NCBI GenBank assembly: GCA_004764695.1
Contig: SMSO01000031.1
Span: 9,654,761 to 9,718,760 of the forward strand
DNA from: Schizochytrium sp. TIO01
Taxonomy: Eukaryota > Protista > Bigyra: Labyrinthulomycetes
DNA: 64,000 nucleotides
Direction: 5' to 3'
Positions 54,698 to 64,000 of this stretch are shown here, piece after piece; positions within the stretch are counted from its first letter, which is position 1, and the number at the start of each line of letters is the position of its first letter. Under the pieces are notes generated by a model. That model was not told where the DNA came from. It was given only the letters and a program-made list of their open reading frames with translations, and did not search any database. The position numbers were made by a program, and so were the translations under genes.

Positions 54698-56059
54698 TCA
54701 CAGGTCGACTTTCTTTGTTGATTTGCGCCTCTTGGGGTTTACATCGCCGGTTGTAACCTCGTCGTTTGTGGTTTTAGCTGAAGATGACCTAGGGTTTCGT
54801 TTTCTAGAGGACTTTGCTGTGAAGTTATCTTCTTCTGGCTTTTTTGAATTTGGCAATCGCGTCTTCTTCGTGTTTCTGCTAGGCTTTATAGCCTCGAGAT
54901 TATCATTTTCTTCCGCCGTCTTTTTACCATTGTGCTTGCTACTGTCTTCCCCGTCAGAATTTTTCGCCTGACGCTCCGCAGCAATTCGAACAGGGCCAAA
55001 GGAATAGCGATGGACCTTCAAAGTAGGGCCAAAGTCCGCTACTGCTTTGCGATGAGCGGCTGTGGGGTAGCCTTTATGTTTGGCAAATCCATACATGGGG
55101 TACTCCTTGTCAAGCTCAACCATGATACGGTCTCGCGTGACTTTTGCGAGAATCGAGGCACATGCAATAGCATATACGCGGCTGTCACCTTTGACGACCC
55201 CTTGCTTCCCCTTGACGTACTCAGGTAAGTCTTTAGGGACGTGAGGACCATCTACAAGCACATAATCAGCAGTGAGACTGAGGCCTGCAACTGCCCTACT
55301 CATGGCTCGCAGTGTTGCTTGAAGAATATTATACTCATCTATTTCTGTCGGTGGAGCCTGTGCAATGCTGTAGGAGACCTCTGGATGGTTGATAATCTCA
55401 TCAAAAAGGCGCTCACGATCTTTTTCCGAAACTTGCTTACTGTCGCCAACGCCCTCGAAGAAGACATGTTTTGGTACTACGCAGGCAGCAGTCACCACAG
55501 GTCCTGCCAAGGGACCTCGACCAGCCTCGTCAACTCCGGCAACCACCTTAAACTCGCCAGAATCTCGCAAGTCATTCTCTATGTTCTTGGTTGGGCCATG
55601 TGGCGTGGATGAAGAAGAGCCAACTGTTGACTTTTTACTAGTTCTTTTCCGAGAGGTTTTCTGAACTGCAACAACCTTGGCAGCGTCTCCTGCAACCGTG
55701 GTGGTTTCTATCACCTCCTGAGTCTCGATTACCTCTAAACTGGATACTGGAGTCTTCCCAACAACATTCTGAAATTTGGGATCGATAGTTGAGTCGGGTA
55801 CTTCTTGCAGAGGATGATTCCCAGCAACCTCCCGATGCACAGACTTGGTTTTGACCGTAGGGACTCTTGGCCGTGGCGAGAGCGCATTCTCAACTGTCTG
55901 CTTCGCAAGACGGGCAGATCTGCGGCGCATTATAACCTTTTGATCTACAACACAGATGAGCCTGCAGAAACAGCGGCAGCGATGCTGGGATGCTGAGATG
56001 TGCCGTGCTGCAGGTTGTGTATGGCTTGTAATTGGAGCCAATTTTTTGCCACCCAACAT
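54698..56059 (-). CDS. rnhB: Ribonuclease HII, bacterial RnhB type, with N- and C-terminal extensions
   Basis: AGVDEAGRGPLAGPVV, GDSK, VLVDG, VKGDSRVYAIACASILAKVTRD, YGFAKHKGYPT, HRYSF. The true start may be ATG 55930 (MRRRSAR). Confidence 0.93.
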   Translation of the reverse strand: MLGGKKLAPITSHTQPAARHISASQHRCRCFCRLICVVDQKVIMRRRSARLAKQTVENALSPRPRVPTVKTKSVHREVAGNHPLQEVPDSTIDPKFQNVVGKTPVSSLEVIETQEVIETTTVAGDAAKVVAVQKTSRKRTSKKSTVGSSSSTPHGPTKNIENDLRDSGEFKVVAGVDEAGRGPLAGPVVTAACVVPKHVFFEGVGDSKQVSEKDRERLFDEIINHPEVSYSIAQAPPTEIDEYNILQATLRAMSRAVAGLSLTADYVLVDGPHVPKDLPEYVKGKQGVVKGDSRVYAIACASILAKVTRDRIMVELDKEYPMYGFAKHKGYPTAAHRKAVADFGPTLKVHRYSFGPVRIAAERQAKNSDGEDSSKHNGKKTAEENDNLEAIKPSRNTKKTRLPNSKKPEEDNFTAKSSRKRNPRSSSAKTTNDEVTTGDVNPKRRKSTKKVDL

Positions 56060-56260
56060 AGCCTCTAAATTAATAATATCCTTTATCAGGGTGGGTATCC
56101 TCGAACTTCAAGGATATCCTTTAGGAGGTCTCAGAGAACTATTTGGCAAAACGAGGAGGAACATCAAAGAAGATGATAGCGAGATTCTTGGCAAACCCAG
56201 AACTTGCAACACGGTGAGTTCAAGAAATCTCTGGGGGACAGAGACTAAACTGTTGGAGAA

Positions 56261-57700
56261 ATGACGACCAAAGTTTGTCACGCGGGTATTGTGGCTCTTT
56301 GCGTGTGTTTAGCGACAACGCTGGTCCACGGCGTGCAGTCCGTGTACTTGAGGCCTGAACCCGGCCAAGATCTGCCTCTTGAGAATCTCTTAGGCAACCA
56401 TCAAGACAACATTTGGAGCTTAGAAGAGGGAGTAAATGACGATCTTGGATTCCCTGAACAGGTTTCCTTGCGCATCGATACACTCGGGAGGAATTGTACT
56501 GATGGAAAATGGTTGTTTGAGTTGAACTATGCCACAAGCAGCCTCGCCGAGCCGCAGGAGACGCAGTGCAGTTGCAAAAATACGGCCTCGGGAGTGATAG
56601 TCAAAGGCTCCGGTAGGTCCTCTACCTATAGCAATCTAATTAAGAGCAACGGAAGCTACAGCAAACGTGCAGATGTGTATACATCTCCTTACCTGCACCG
56701 ATGCTTAGTCGAGGTAGACGCTGACACAGAGTACATCTGTGATGTGGGTCAGCGAGCTCGTGCTGCTGAATTCATCACACCGCCCCGTCCAGGAAGTTTC
56801 CCTAGCAATGGAACCAGTTCATTTTCTTTTGCAGTGATTGCCGATGGTGGACAAACCAAATACTCGAATGCCACGTATCAAGGCGCGTTGGCTTGGCTCC
56901 GCAAGCAGCGCTCCAGTACATTGTTGTATGGAGGTGATCTGGCATACAGTGATGGAGAACAGCTCCGCTGGGAGAGCTTTGGACGTCTTGCGGAACCGCT
57001 TTTAAGCTCCGTGTCCACTATTTACACACCTGGAAACCATGAACTCTCTGCACAAGAGGCCTTTCAAGGATACCTTGAGCGCTATGGTTCGCGACACCGA
57101 GAACTGTGGTTTGCCGAGCGTCGCGGCCCTGTAACATTTATCTCATTGTGTAGTTATTGCCGTACTGAGGTTGGCTCTGCACAGTATCGCTGGCTAGTGC
57201 GGGAATTGAAGCGAGTTTCTCAATACCGAGATGAGACGCCATGGGTGGTTGTGATGTTTCATGCCCCTTGGTACTGTAGCAATCCCGCCCATCATGATGA
57301 GTCTGCGCTCATGCGTTCAGATATGGAACCTTTGTTTGTAAAATACCATGTAGATCTGGTTCTCAGTGGTCATGTTCATGCATATGAGCGTACGACACCA
57401 ATGCAGTATTTCAAAAGTGCACCATGTGCCCCTACTTATGTAGTAGTGGGCGATGGAGGAAATCGTGAAAAGGCATCTCTTTTTAATCCTATTCCTGGAA
57501 TGTCCCCCACTTGGTCTGCTTTCCGGCAATCAAGTTTTGGATTTGCAAGTATGGAGATTTTTGACGCTGTCCACGCTAATTGGACGTGGCATCGAAACCC
57601 GCACGACTTTGATCATTTTCCGACGCAGCCCATCACGCCATTTGGATCATTTGTTCGAGAAGACTCGATTTTGATGGACCGTACGGGATGTCGCGATTAA
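56261..57700 (+). CDS. Purple acid phosphatase (secreted metallophosphoesterase)
   Basis: Signal-peptide-like N-terminus and all five metal-ligand blocks: ADGG (DxG), GDLAY (GDxxY), GNHE, VMFH and GHVH. Also YVVVGDGGNRE and SAFRQSSFG. Confidence 0.93.
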   Translation: MTTKVCHAGIVALCVCLATTLVHGVQSVYLRPEPGQDLPLENLLGNHQDNIWSLEEGVNDDLGFPEQVSLRIDTLGRNCTDGKWLFELNYATSSLAEPQETQCSCKNTASGVIVKGSGRSSTYSNLIKSNGSYSKRADVYTSPYLHRCLVEVDADTEYICDVGQRARAAEFITPPRPGSFPSNGTSSFSFAVIADGGQTKYSNATYQGALAWLRKQRSSTLLYGGDLAYSDGEQLRWESFGRLAEPLLSSVSTIYTPGNHELSAQEAFQGYLERYGSRHRELWFAERRGPVTFISLCSYCRTEVGSAQYRWLVRELKRVSQYRDETPWVVVMFHAPWYCSNPAHHDESALMRSDMEPLFVKYHVDLVLSGHVHAYERTTPMQYFKSAPCAPTYVVVGDGGNREKASLFNPIPGMSPTWSAFRQSSFGFASMEIFDAVHANWTWHRNPHDFDHFPTQPITPFGSFVREDSILMDRTGCRD

Positions 57701-58201
57701 GTCGTTTATTCAGATGGTAGACCTCCAGGAAGAGGTCTAACACGCCTGCATGTAAATACTTTCACAATTCACAAAGCTCACTCACTGAGGACCGCTGATG
57801 ACTTTTTAAACTTGGATTTGCCTCTATCAAGAGAGCATTAACATCAAACAAAAAAAAAAAAGGTTTAACAAAAATAGAATTTAAAAAAACAACTTTTCTC
57901 ATTTCTTTGTTGCAAAGTAATCAGATGCGCAAAGCGAGGAGTAATAGGATGTTCGACAGAGATGCGTCCTGGCTTGATTTGGTTTTGTTTAATTTTTACA
58001 TAAAATGGGAGAAAAAAGAAGAGCAGGAAGGACAATTTTTCTATAAAATGAAGACTCGAGATATTCTCCGTCTCCACGTACCCGCCATTACTCCAAGCAA
58101 CAACGAGTGCGGAGTCTATAAGATACAAAGTCAAACGATTCAGCGCTAGCAACAAAACATACCATGACGCGTAATTTTTTTCTTCAAAAAGTACCTTTTG
58201 T

Positions 58202-59482
58202 TTATCTCCACTTGTTGCGCATGTCTATATTTGCTGACATAGGTCGCTTGGGAGGTGAAACCTCTTCATTGCACAAAGTCATGAAATTCGAGGAAGCAAT
58301 CACCTCCTCCATAGCTCGCTCGCGTTCTTGAGAGTCCTGAGGTAGATTCTCCGGGAGGAGTATGTTGAAGATGTTGTGCACAAGTGAGTGTTTCAGCGAG
58401 CGGTCGCTCTTGGTGGTCGCGGTCAAGGCAGGGGATGCATTCACTTCAATGAGCCAGACCTTGAGGTTTTCGTCGATGAGTAGATCATAACCATAACACT
58501 CGAAACAATGTTTTTCATTGATGATGACATTTTGAACAGACTTGATAGAATGTAAAATTACACTTTCAAGCTCTTCGAAGAGCCTTGCGGTCGCATCAGC
58601 ACCGTACATTGCCTTAAGATACAAACGTAAATTTGCCAGACTCCATTTGCCGCCATGGTGTTCGTTGTAATCCTCATTATGTTTTTGCACAGCAACATTA
58701 GTCAAATGCACAAAATGATTGTCCCGATCTGCAGCATTTGCAGAGTACTTTTCGTTGCAAAATCGAGCAAAGCCGTCCTGGTACAAGAAGGCTTTCAAGG
58801 GTTTGTACGATGTCACGAGAACATACATGCGTAGGTCAAACTTGCGTCCACCAATGAGCAAAGGTCTTTCAATGTACTTTGATATGACATAGACATCTTG
58901 CCCATTCCCTTTAGATGCCCATTTCTTAATCTGATGGAGTTTGGTAACCAAAAAAATGCCAATACCACGTGCTTTTGAAGTTGGTTTCATTATCCACATA
59001 CTGTTTGGGGCGCGACGAAACTCCTCAAAGAATAGTGAATAGTCGACAGGCAAAACATAGGTAGGCGGGAGAAAACCGCAAGCTTGTGAGTTTGCCGCTG
59101 GCGATGAGTCTGCTGTGGATGACAATCCGCCTTGCGCTTGTGTTGACAGGAGCTCTTTCCGGTATCGTTTGATGTTCTTCACCATGAGGTCTTTGCGAGT
59201 GAGTTCATAGTGGTTTGGGAAATGGTTTAGCAGTTGTCCGTCACGAAGACGCACATTTGAGTCTGGGCTGAATAGTTGCTTGACGCTACCCACGTTTGCC
59301 CAATAAACGTGCCAGTCCGGGTCCGAGTCTGCACAGCGCTCCCATCCTCGTCGGTCGAAACAGCCCAGCAGGCATTGCTTGTCAAAGTCCATCTTCCAAC
59401 GAATCACTCGTGAAGCAGGGGGGATCGCTGCTAAGGAAGCAGAGGTGCCCAAAGCCGGTGCATTGGCTGAGTTTACGGTCAT
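58202..59482 (-). CDS. TTLL1: Tubulin polyglutamylase TTLL1
   Basis: NHFPNHYELTRKDLMVKNIKRYRK, WIMKP, YIERPLLIGGRKFDLRMYVLVTS, VHLTNVAVQK, HCFECYGYD, WLIEVNASP. First ATG is at 59482. Confidence 0.92.
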   Translation of the reverse strand: MTVNSANAPALGTSASLAAIPPASRVIRWKMDFDKQCLLGCFDRRGWERCADSDPDWHVYWANVGSVKQLFSPDSNVRLRDGQLLNHFPNHYELTRKDLMVKNIKRYRKELLSTQAQGGLSSTADSSPAANSQACGFLPPTYVLPVDYSLFFEEFRRAPNSMWIMKPTSKARGIGIFLVTKLHQIKKWASKGNGQDVYVISKYIERPLLIGGRKFDLRMYVLVTSYKPLKAFLYQDGFARFCNEKYSANAADRDNHFVHLTNVAVQKHNEDYNEHHGGKWSLANLRLYLKAMYGADATARLFEELESVILHSIKSVQNVIINEKHCFECYGYDLLIDENLKVWLIEVNASPALTATTKSDRSLKHSLVHNIFNILLPENLPQDSQERERAMEEVIASSNFMTLCNEEVSPPKRPMSANIDMRNKWR

Positions 59483-59871
59483 TCTTCTTTTTACTCTGCA
59501 CCTCAAGTTCGCGTTCGGCGGCCAAGGTCAAGAGGTATTACTACAGTATTTTTTTCAAAAGTTTTTTTCTTTTATTTGATTTCTTGGGCTCGTTGAAGGC
59601 TTTAACAGTAAACTAGAAAAACGGTTCTTTCACTTTGAGTCACAATTCCTAAACAGGCTTTGAAATTTATAAAAAAAGATTTTAAAAACATCGGTTCTTT
59701 AACCGAGCGAGCTAGCTACTACCTACTATGAAGATTTGGGGAGAATTTTAAAAAGTATAATGAACATGGTGGCCTGCATGGACTCTTTGCTTAAAGGTTG
59801 GATCGACACAACATGCTAAACGGAGGGCAGCTACGACCAAGATGCGGGGAAAAGAGATAAATCTGAAGTTA

Positions 59872-62007
59872 TCATTCAGCGTCCATAGCTTCAAGATATC
59901 GCTCATGAAATTTGAAGTCGCCAGCCTCAAGAGCAAGATCTGCAGCTTGCTCAAAGTGGCTTTGCGATGTGTTGATTTCTCCAATAGTACGGAATGCCGC
60001 ACCTAGTTGCGCGTGGAGTTCGTGCTGTGTAGTTTCCATGCAAAGTTTACGCTCGGCATCAGTTTTGCCATCATCAAGAGTAAGGGCTTTTTGCATGTAA
60101 AAAATAGACAACAAGGTATCATCTTGGGGAACACGTGCCAGGGCCTCAAGGCAAGCCGCGCGAGAACCGGCCATCGCTGCAGCATGGTACCAGTTCATGA
60201 CACTAGACGCTGTAGTGTTTGTATGCTCCGCACAAATGATCATTGAGTCCTTGCAACCAGCCAATGCTGCCATCCAGCGATGAAAGAAAGATGCCTTTGT
60301 GGGATCGACACCGTCACAAACAACACGCTCATCGTCTTCATCATAAAGCTTTGCCAAAGCGGCGTGTACTGCAGCCTCTGCGGTTTCTTTTAGCGGGATG
60401 CTACTACGAATGCGCATGGGGCACTCGCCAACGGGAAGATTCTTTGAACAGTCCAAAATGAACTCTGGGACTCCATAGGCATCCGTGTCAATGTCTACAC
60501 CCTGACCAAAAGCAACGTCCTGGGCATCTGGCCCTTCAGAGGGCGAGCTTTGCAGGGAAGCCTGGCGACGCTTAGACCATGCTTGACTGACCAAGTATGA
60601 CTGGCCAGCTTGAAATTTCTCGATTTCATCACGGGAGGCCTCCCCTTGCTCACCTTTCAGAAATGCGAATGGCGTGTAGCGCATGTACTGCACCACTGGG
60701 TTAAGATCAAACCTAAATTTGCGCAAAAAGAGCGCCATGCCACGTGCTCCAAGGTTTCCCTCACCAAAACCTTCTCCGTCTCTTGTGTGCACTTGTGGAT
60801 CTGTGTATAGATCATTGATTCCTTGGATATCAACAACCATCATGGCACCAAGTGTTTCACGATAACTAGCGAAACTAAAGGCATGCGGCGTGTGGCGAAG
60901 GGTCACCGTGTCTGTCCAGCCTGCATTCGTGTTCCACTTGTGGTAGCGACCCTGGATAAATGATTCGTAGCCCAAGCATGGTTTGTTGGGGCGATCGATC
61001 AAGCGAATTAGACCGACGTGAAGCATATCGATTTGTTTCGGAGGTGCCGGATCATGAGAGTTGAACGATGCACAGAGAACTTTGCAGACTTCTTGCATGA
61101 TTACATCATCCTCGTACACAGAGCGAATGTCATCTTTGCTCGCCATGTAACGCTTGGCCATGAAATTGAGGGAGCCACGTCGCCAGCACTCTTCATCCTT
61201 GAGTCCTCGCTGGATGAGGGTTCTAAGGTGGATAATGTCATGCTCATGCAGTGCGTGTGCCTCCTCGATGAACGCTAGCTCCACAAAGCGCTGGCCTTTT
61301 TCGTGCACACAATTCATAACCTCACCAACTGTGAGGACTGTTGGATGGTTATAGTTGACAGAGTTGTAGCCCAATTTTGTACGAACTCGGCAGGCTGTCC
61401 GCCTGCCCAAGTTGTGCAGGACTGCACAAATAGATTCTTTGCAGGTTGCAGCCCAGGCATCCATGTCACTGGCCGTATAGTCTGCTCCGTAGTGGACATC
61501 TTCATCTCCTGAAAGTTGGCGCACAATGCTTTGGATTTTAAGCTCTTGCAAACTCGAGTGAGATTCGTCCGAGTTTGCTCGTTGTACGCGGTGACTGGCA
61601 CCAGGGAGTATGATTTTCTTCATGCGGAAACACTCGCGCATGCGGCCTTTGGCAACAGGTGCCTCGGTATTGATCCGTACAAGCAGCCTGTGTGATCGCC
61701 ACTGTTTGGAGGCGACATCGTAGACCAGCTCTTCAGCCCTCTCTACAGGGCAAGATTCTACAACATCTGCCCACGGGTCTTGCACAGATGTTGCCTGGGT
61801 TGCAACTTTACGCCAGTTCGCAGTAGCGAGCTTGTACCTGCGAATACCTTCTGCATCCCGCTTGGTGTCCACGTTCCCAGGTTGCACCTTTTGCTCGAGA
61901 CTCGTCCCAGACGAATTCGAGGCGCTGCTTAGGGCCACCGAGTTGAGCGCAGACTTTAAGAGGGACGCGCCTCGCCTTGCCACCTCCGCACGCTCGCTAG
62001 AATCCAT
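59872..62007 (-). CDS. Alpha-kinase, eEF2 kinase-like, with C-terminal SEL1/TPR-like helical repeats
   Basis: WRKVA...DPWAD resembles the eEF2K calmodulin-binding region. Kinase motifs KGRMRECFRMKK, FMAKRY, EDDVIMQ, ESFIQGRYHKWNTNAG, VVDIQGINDLYTDPQVH, FGEGNLGARGMALF. SEL1-like WYHAAAMAGSRAA. ATG at 62007. Confidence 0.88.
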   Translation of the reverse strand: MDSSERAEVARRGASLLKSALNSVALSSASNSSGTSLEQKVQPGNVDTKRDAEGIRRYKLATANWRKVATQATSVQDPWADVVESCPVERAEELVYDVASKQWRSHRLLVRINTEAPVAKGRMRECFRMKKIILPGASHRVQRANSDESHSSLQELKIQSIVRQLSGDEDVHYGADYTASDMDAWAATCKESICAVLHNLGRRTACRVRTKLGYNSVNYNHPTVLTVGEVMNCVHEKGQRFVELAFIEEAHALHEHDIIHLRTLIQRGLKDEECWRRGSLNFMAKRYMASKDDIRSVYEDDVIMQEVCKVLCASFNSHDPAPPKQIDMLHVGLIRLIDRPNKPCLGYESFIQGRYHKWNTNAGWTDTVTLRHTPHAFSFASYRETLGAMMVVDIQGINDLYTDPQVHTRDGEGFGEGNLGARGMALFLRKFRFDLNPVVQYMRYTPFAFLKGEQGEASRDEIEKFQAGQSYLVSQAWSKRRQASLQSSPSEGPDAQDVAFGQGVDIDTDAYGVPEFILDCSKNLPVGECPMRIRSSIPLKETAEAAVHAALAKLYDEDDERVVCDGVDPTKASFFHRWMAALAGCKDSMIICAEHTNTTASSVMNWYHAAAMAGSRAACLEALARVPQDDTLLSIFYMQKALTLDDGKTDAERKLCMETTQHELHAQLGAAFRTIGEINTSQSHFEQAADLALEAGDFKFHERYLEAMDAE

Positions 62008-63083
62008 CTTCAATCGCTCCGAAATCTGTCAATTAATTCTGACAAACTCGATTTGATCCGTCATTTACTACTACATCAAAGCAATGCGCCTGCACCTATT
62101 TGTTGGATCTTCTTCGACTCTTCACCATCATTGATACATCATTAGGTGCCATACATTATATTATTCAATGTTATGAAAATATATCATTATATTGAAGGTT
62201 TGCATTCCCGACATTATATAGAGACCATAAATATTGTTATGAATATATTATGGTAGGATCACGTTCTATCTATGTGATAATGCTAGACATGGAGTATTCT
62301 CTTCTCTTTCAAAAGATTGATACACGGGGTGCGGAATTAGTGAGACTAGGATTTAGTCTCGGACCCGGCGCGGAACTTGGGACGCCGTGGCGGGGTATGC
62401 TGTGGGCCTGAAAGTAAGCTCTCAGGCTTGCTTGCTTGCAAATATAAGGCTAGAATGTATTGAGGAGTTGGAGTGACGGAGTGATCATATTCTGTAGAGC
62501 ATACAATTATGACGTAATTCACAATTCGTACTACTATGCTTCTTGACACTTGGGAACTTGTACTTGTGGAAAATGCATACTTAGCCATCTATCATTGCAT
62601 CGAGTGCCGCAGGGTAACAGAAAGACCTAATGCTTGGACCCATTAGGTAGTATTAGATAATAATAGGAGTGATGGTGTCGTCTGTATAAACGAAAGTGAC
62701 TTATGTAAATTAGTGTTGATTATATGGTCTAAATAAAGCCCACGGATTTTCATATGCTGCTATTTTGCAAAGTTAGAAAGGGGTTGATTTCAGAAAGTGG
62801 GGAACGTTGCCAAGATTGACTGTATGATTATTGTATTTATACATTGAATTGGTCCGATGCTGGGTAGGTCATATCGTTGGTACTAGTAGTAGATAGGTGG
62901 ATTCTTTGTTGAGAGGATGTGAGTTTTGCAGCAGATAGTGGGCTTTTACAAATTAGCGAGTATTTCATTTGGAAATACTTCTCAAAAGGGAAATCTTAAC
63001 ATGACATGTCACGCCTAATTGCAAACGCAACTTCGTAGATAGCGATTTAAGCTCTCTACGATTCATTCTTAGACTACGAAAGA

Positions 63084-63133
63084 TTCTATGGATTTAACAC
63101 ATGTTTTTCTATGGATTTAACACATGTTTTTCT
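63084..63133 (+). repeat. Perfect 23-bp tandem duplication
   Basis: TTCTATGGATTTAACACATGTTT at 63084-63106 and 63107-63129, followed by TTCT. Confidence 0.9.
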
Positions 63134-64000
63134 TAGTAGGACGCGAACAGATCCAATATTGCCACTCACCTTATGCCAGGATTATCATGATGAAGATAAA
63201 GCACGTGCAAAAACTGCAACCAACGAACCGTTCTATAAGTACATTTCGTATCTTTCTCTCAAGTTTTGTGTATGTTTTTGTATATATAATTTTTAAATAA
63301 ATGTAATATATAAAGATTATTGATGTAAGCTGTCCTTTTCCTTTTTTTCTTATTTCTTTTTCTATGGAATATGATCATGAGAAATTTGTATGCGTGCGAG
63401 AAATGATAAAGGTTGAGGTGAACAACTTCACAATACATCGCAAAGCTTGCATTCTAGTTGGCGCTTGGCGCTTGCGCTATTATGGTACGCAAAAACCGAA
63501 GCTTTGTGACAACTAATTCATGAGTATATCAACTATGCGAGGTATTGTAACGAGATTGAATTCATTCAACCGCGAATAAAAAAGTATCAAACTCATTTCT
63601 GCAATTTTCTTTTTCGAAAACAACCTCGAAAAAATGGAACCTATTCCCAGTGTTACACTTTCGAAAGAAAAAATATCTTTCTTTCTTTTAATTTAAATAG
63701 TCGTAGCAAAGTGAAGTGGGTCGTGTCACAAAGATCAAGTGCTGTTGTGGTCTCAATATAACGCTGACTTTATAATGTGCAGCCGACAATGGAAGGGGGA
63801 TTGTAAATATAAGCAGAAATTAGTGCTGGCCTTTGTGTTTCTGTCTGCCTTTGGAAGCGAAGCGAAGAGAAAGCTATTGGATATCTATTTATTATTTCAT
63901 ATATATAAATCAAAATAACAGGTGCTACGATGAAAGAAGGGCGTGTGCTCAAATAGTTTTTAAGATTGATTGCCCAATTGAAGTCTTTTTCTTTTTTTTT

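Overview
Eukaryotic nuclear DNA with long, mostly intron-free genes, microsatellites and AT-rich spacers. Gene content and style suggest a flagellated stramenopile such as a thraustochytrid; this is inference, not shown by the sequence. About 15 protein-coding loci are supported: a GH114 hydrolase (5'-incomplete), a Yippee protein, a split EF-hand protein, a giant soluble adenylyl cyclase-like protein (2 cyclase domains plus STAND ATPase), a PAP2 lipid phosphate phosphatase, a DEP domain fused to a MerA-like flavoprotein disulfide reductase, two paralogous pseudo-PAP2/multi-pass membrane fusions, a 7TM GPCR-like protein, MscS, Fip1, bacterial-type RNase HII, purple acid phosphatase, TTLL1 and an eEF2K-like alpha-kinase. 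A ~2.9 kb array of ~277-bp tandem repeats lies between Fip1 and RNase HII. I found no rRNA, tRNA, CRISPR array or intact transposon. The best candidate for an undescribed system is the local PAP2 family: one near-intact enzyme plus two catalytically degenerate copies, each fused to an unknown ~10-TM domain, inside a signalling-rich neighbourhood. Other leads are the DEP-reductase fusion, an alpha-kinase that has lost all four zinc ligands, and the palindrome-rich mosaic tandem array. All family calls come from motif recognition by eye; no searches were run.
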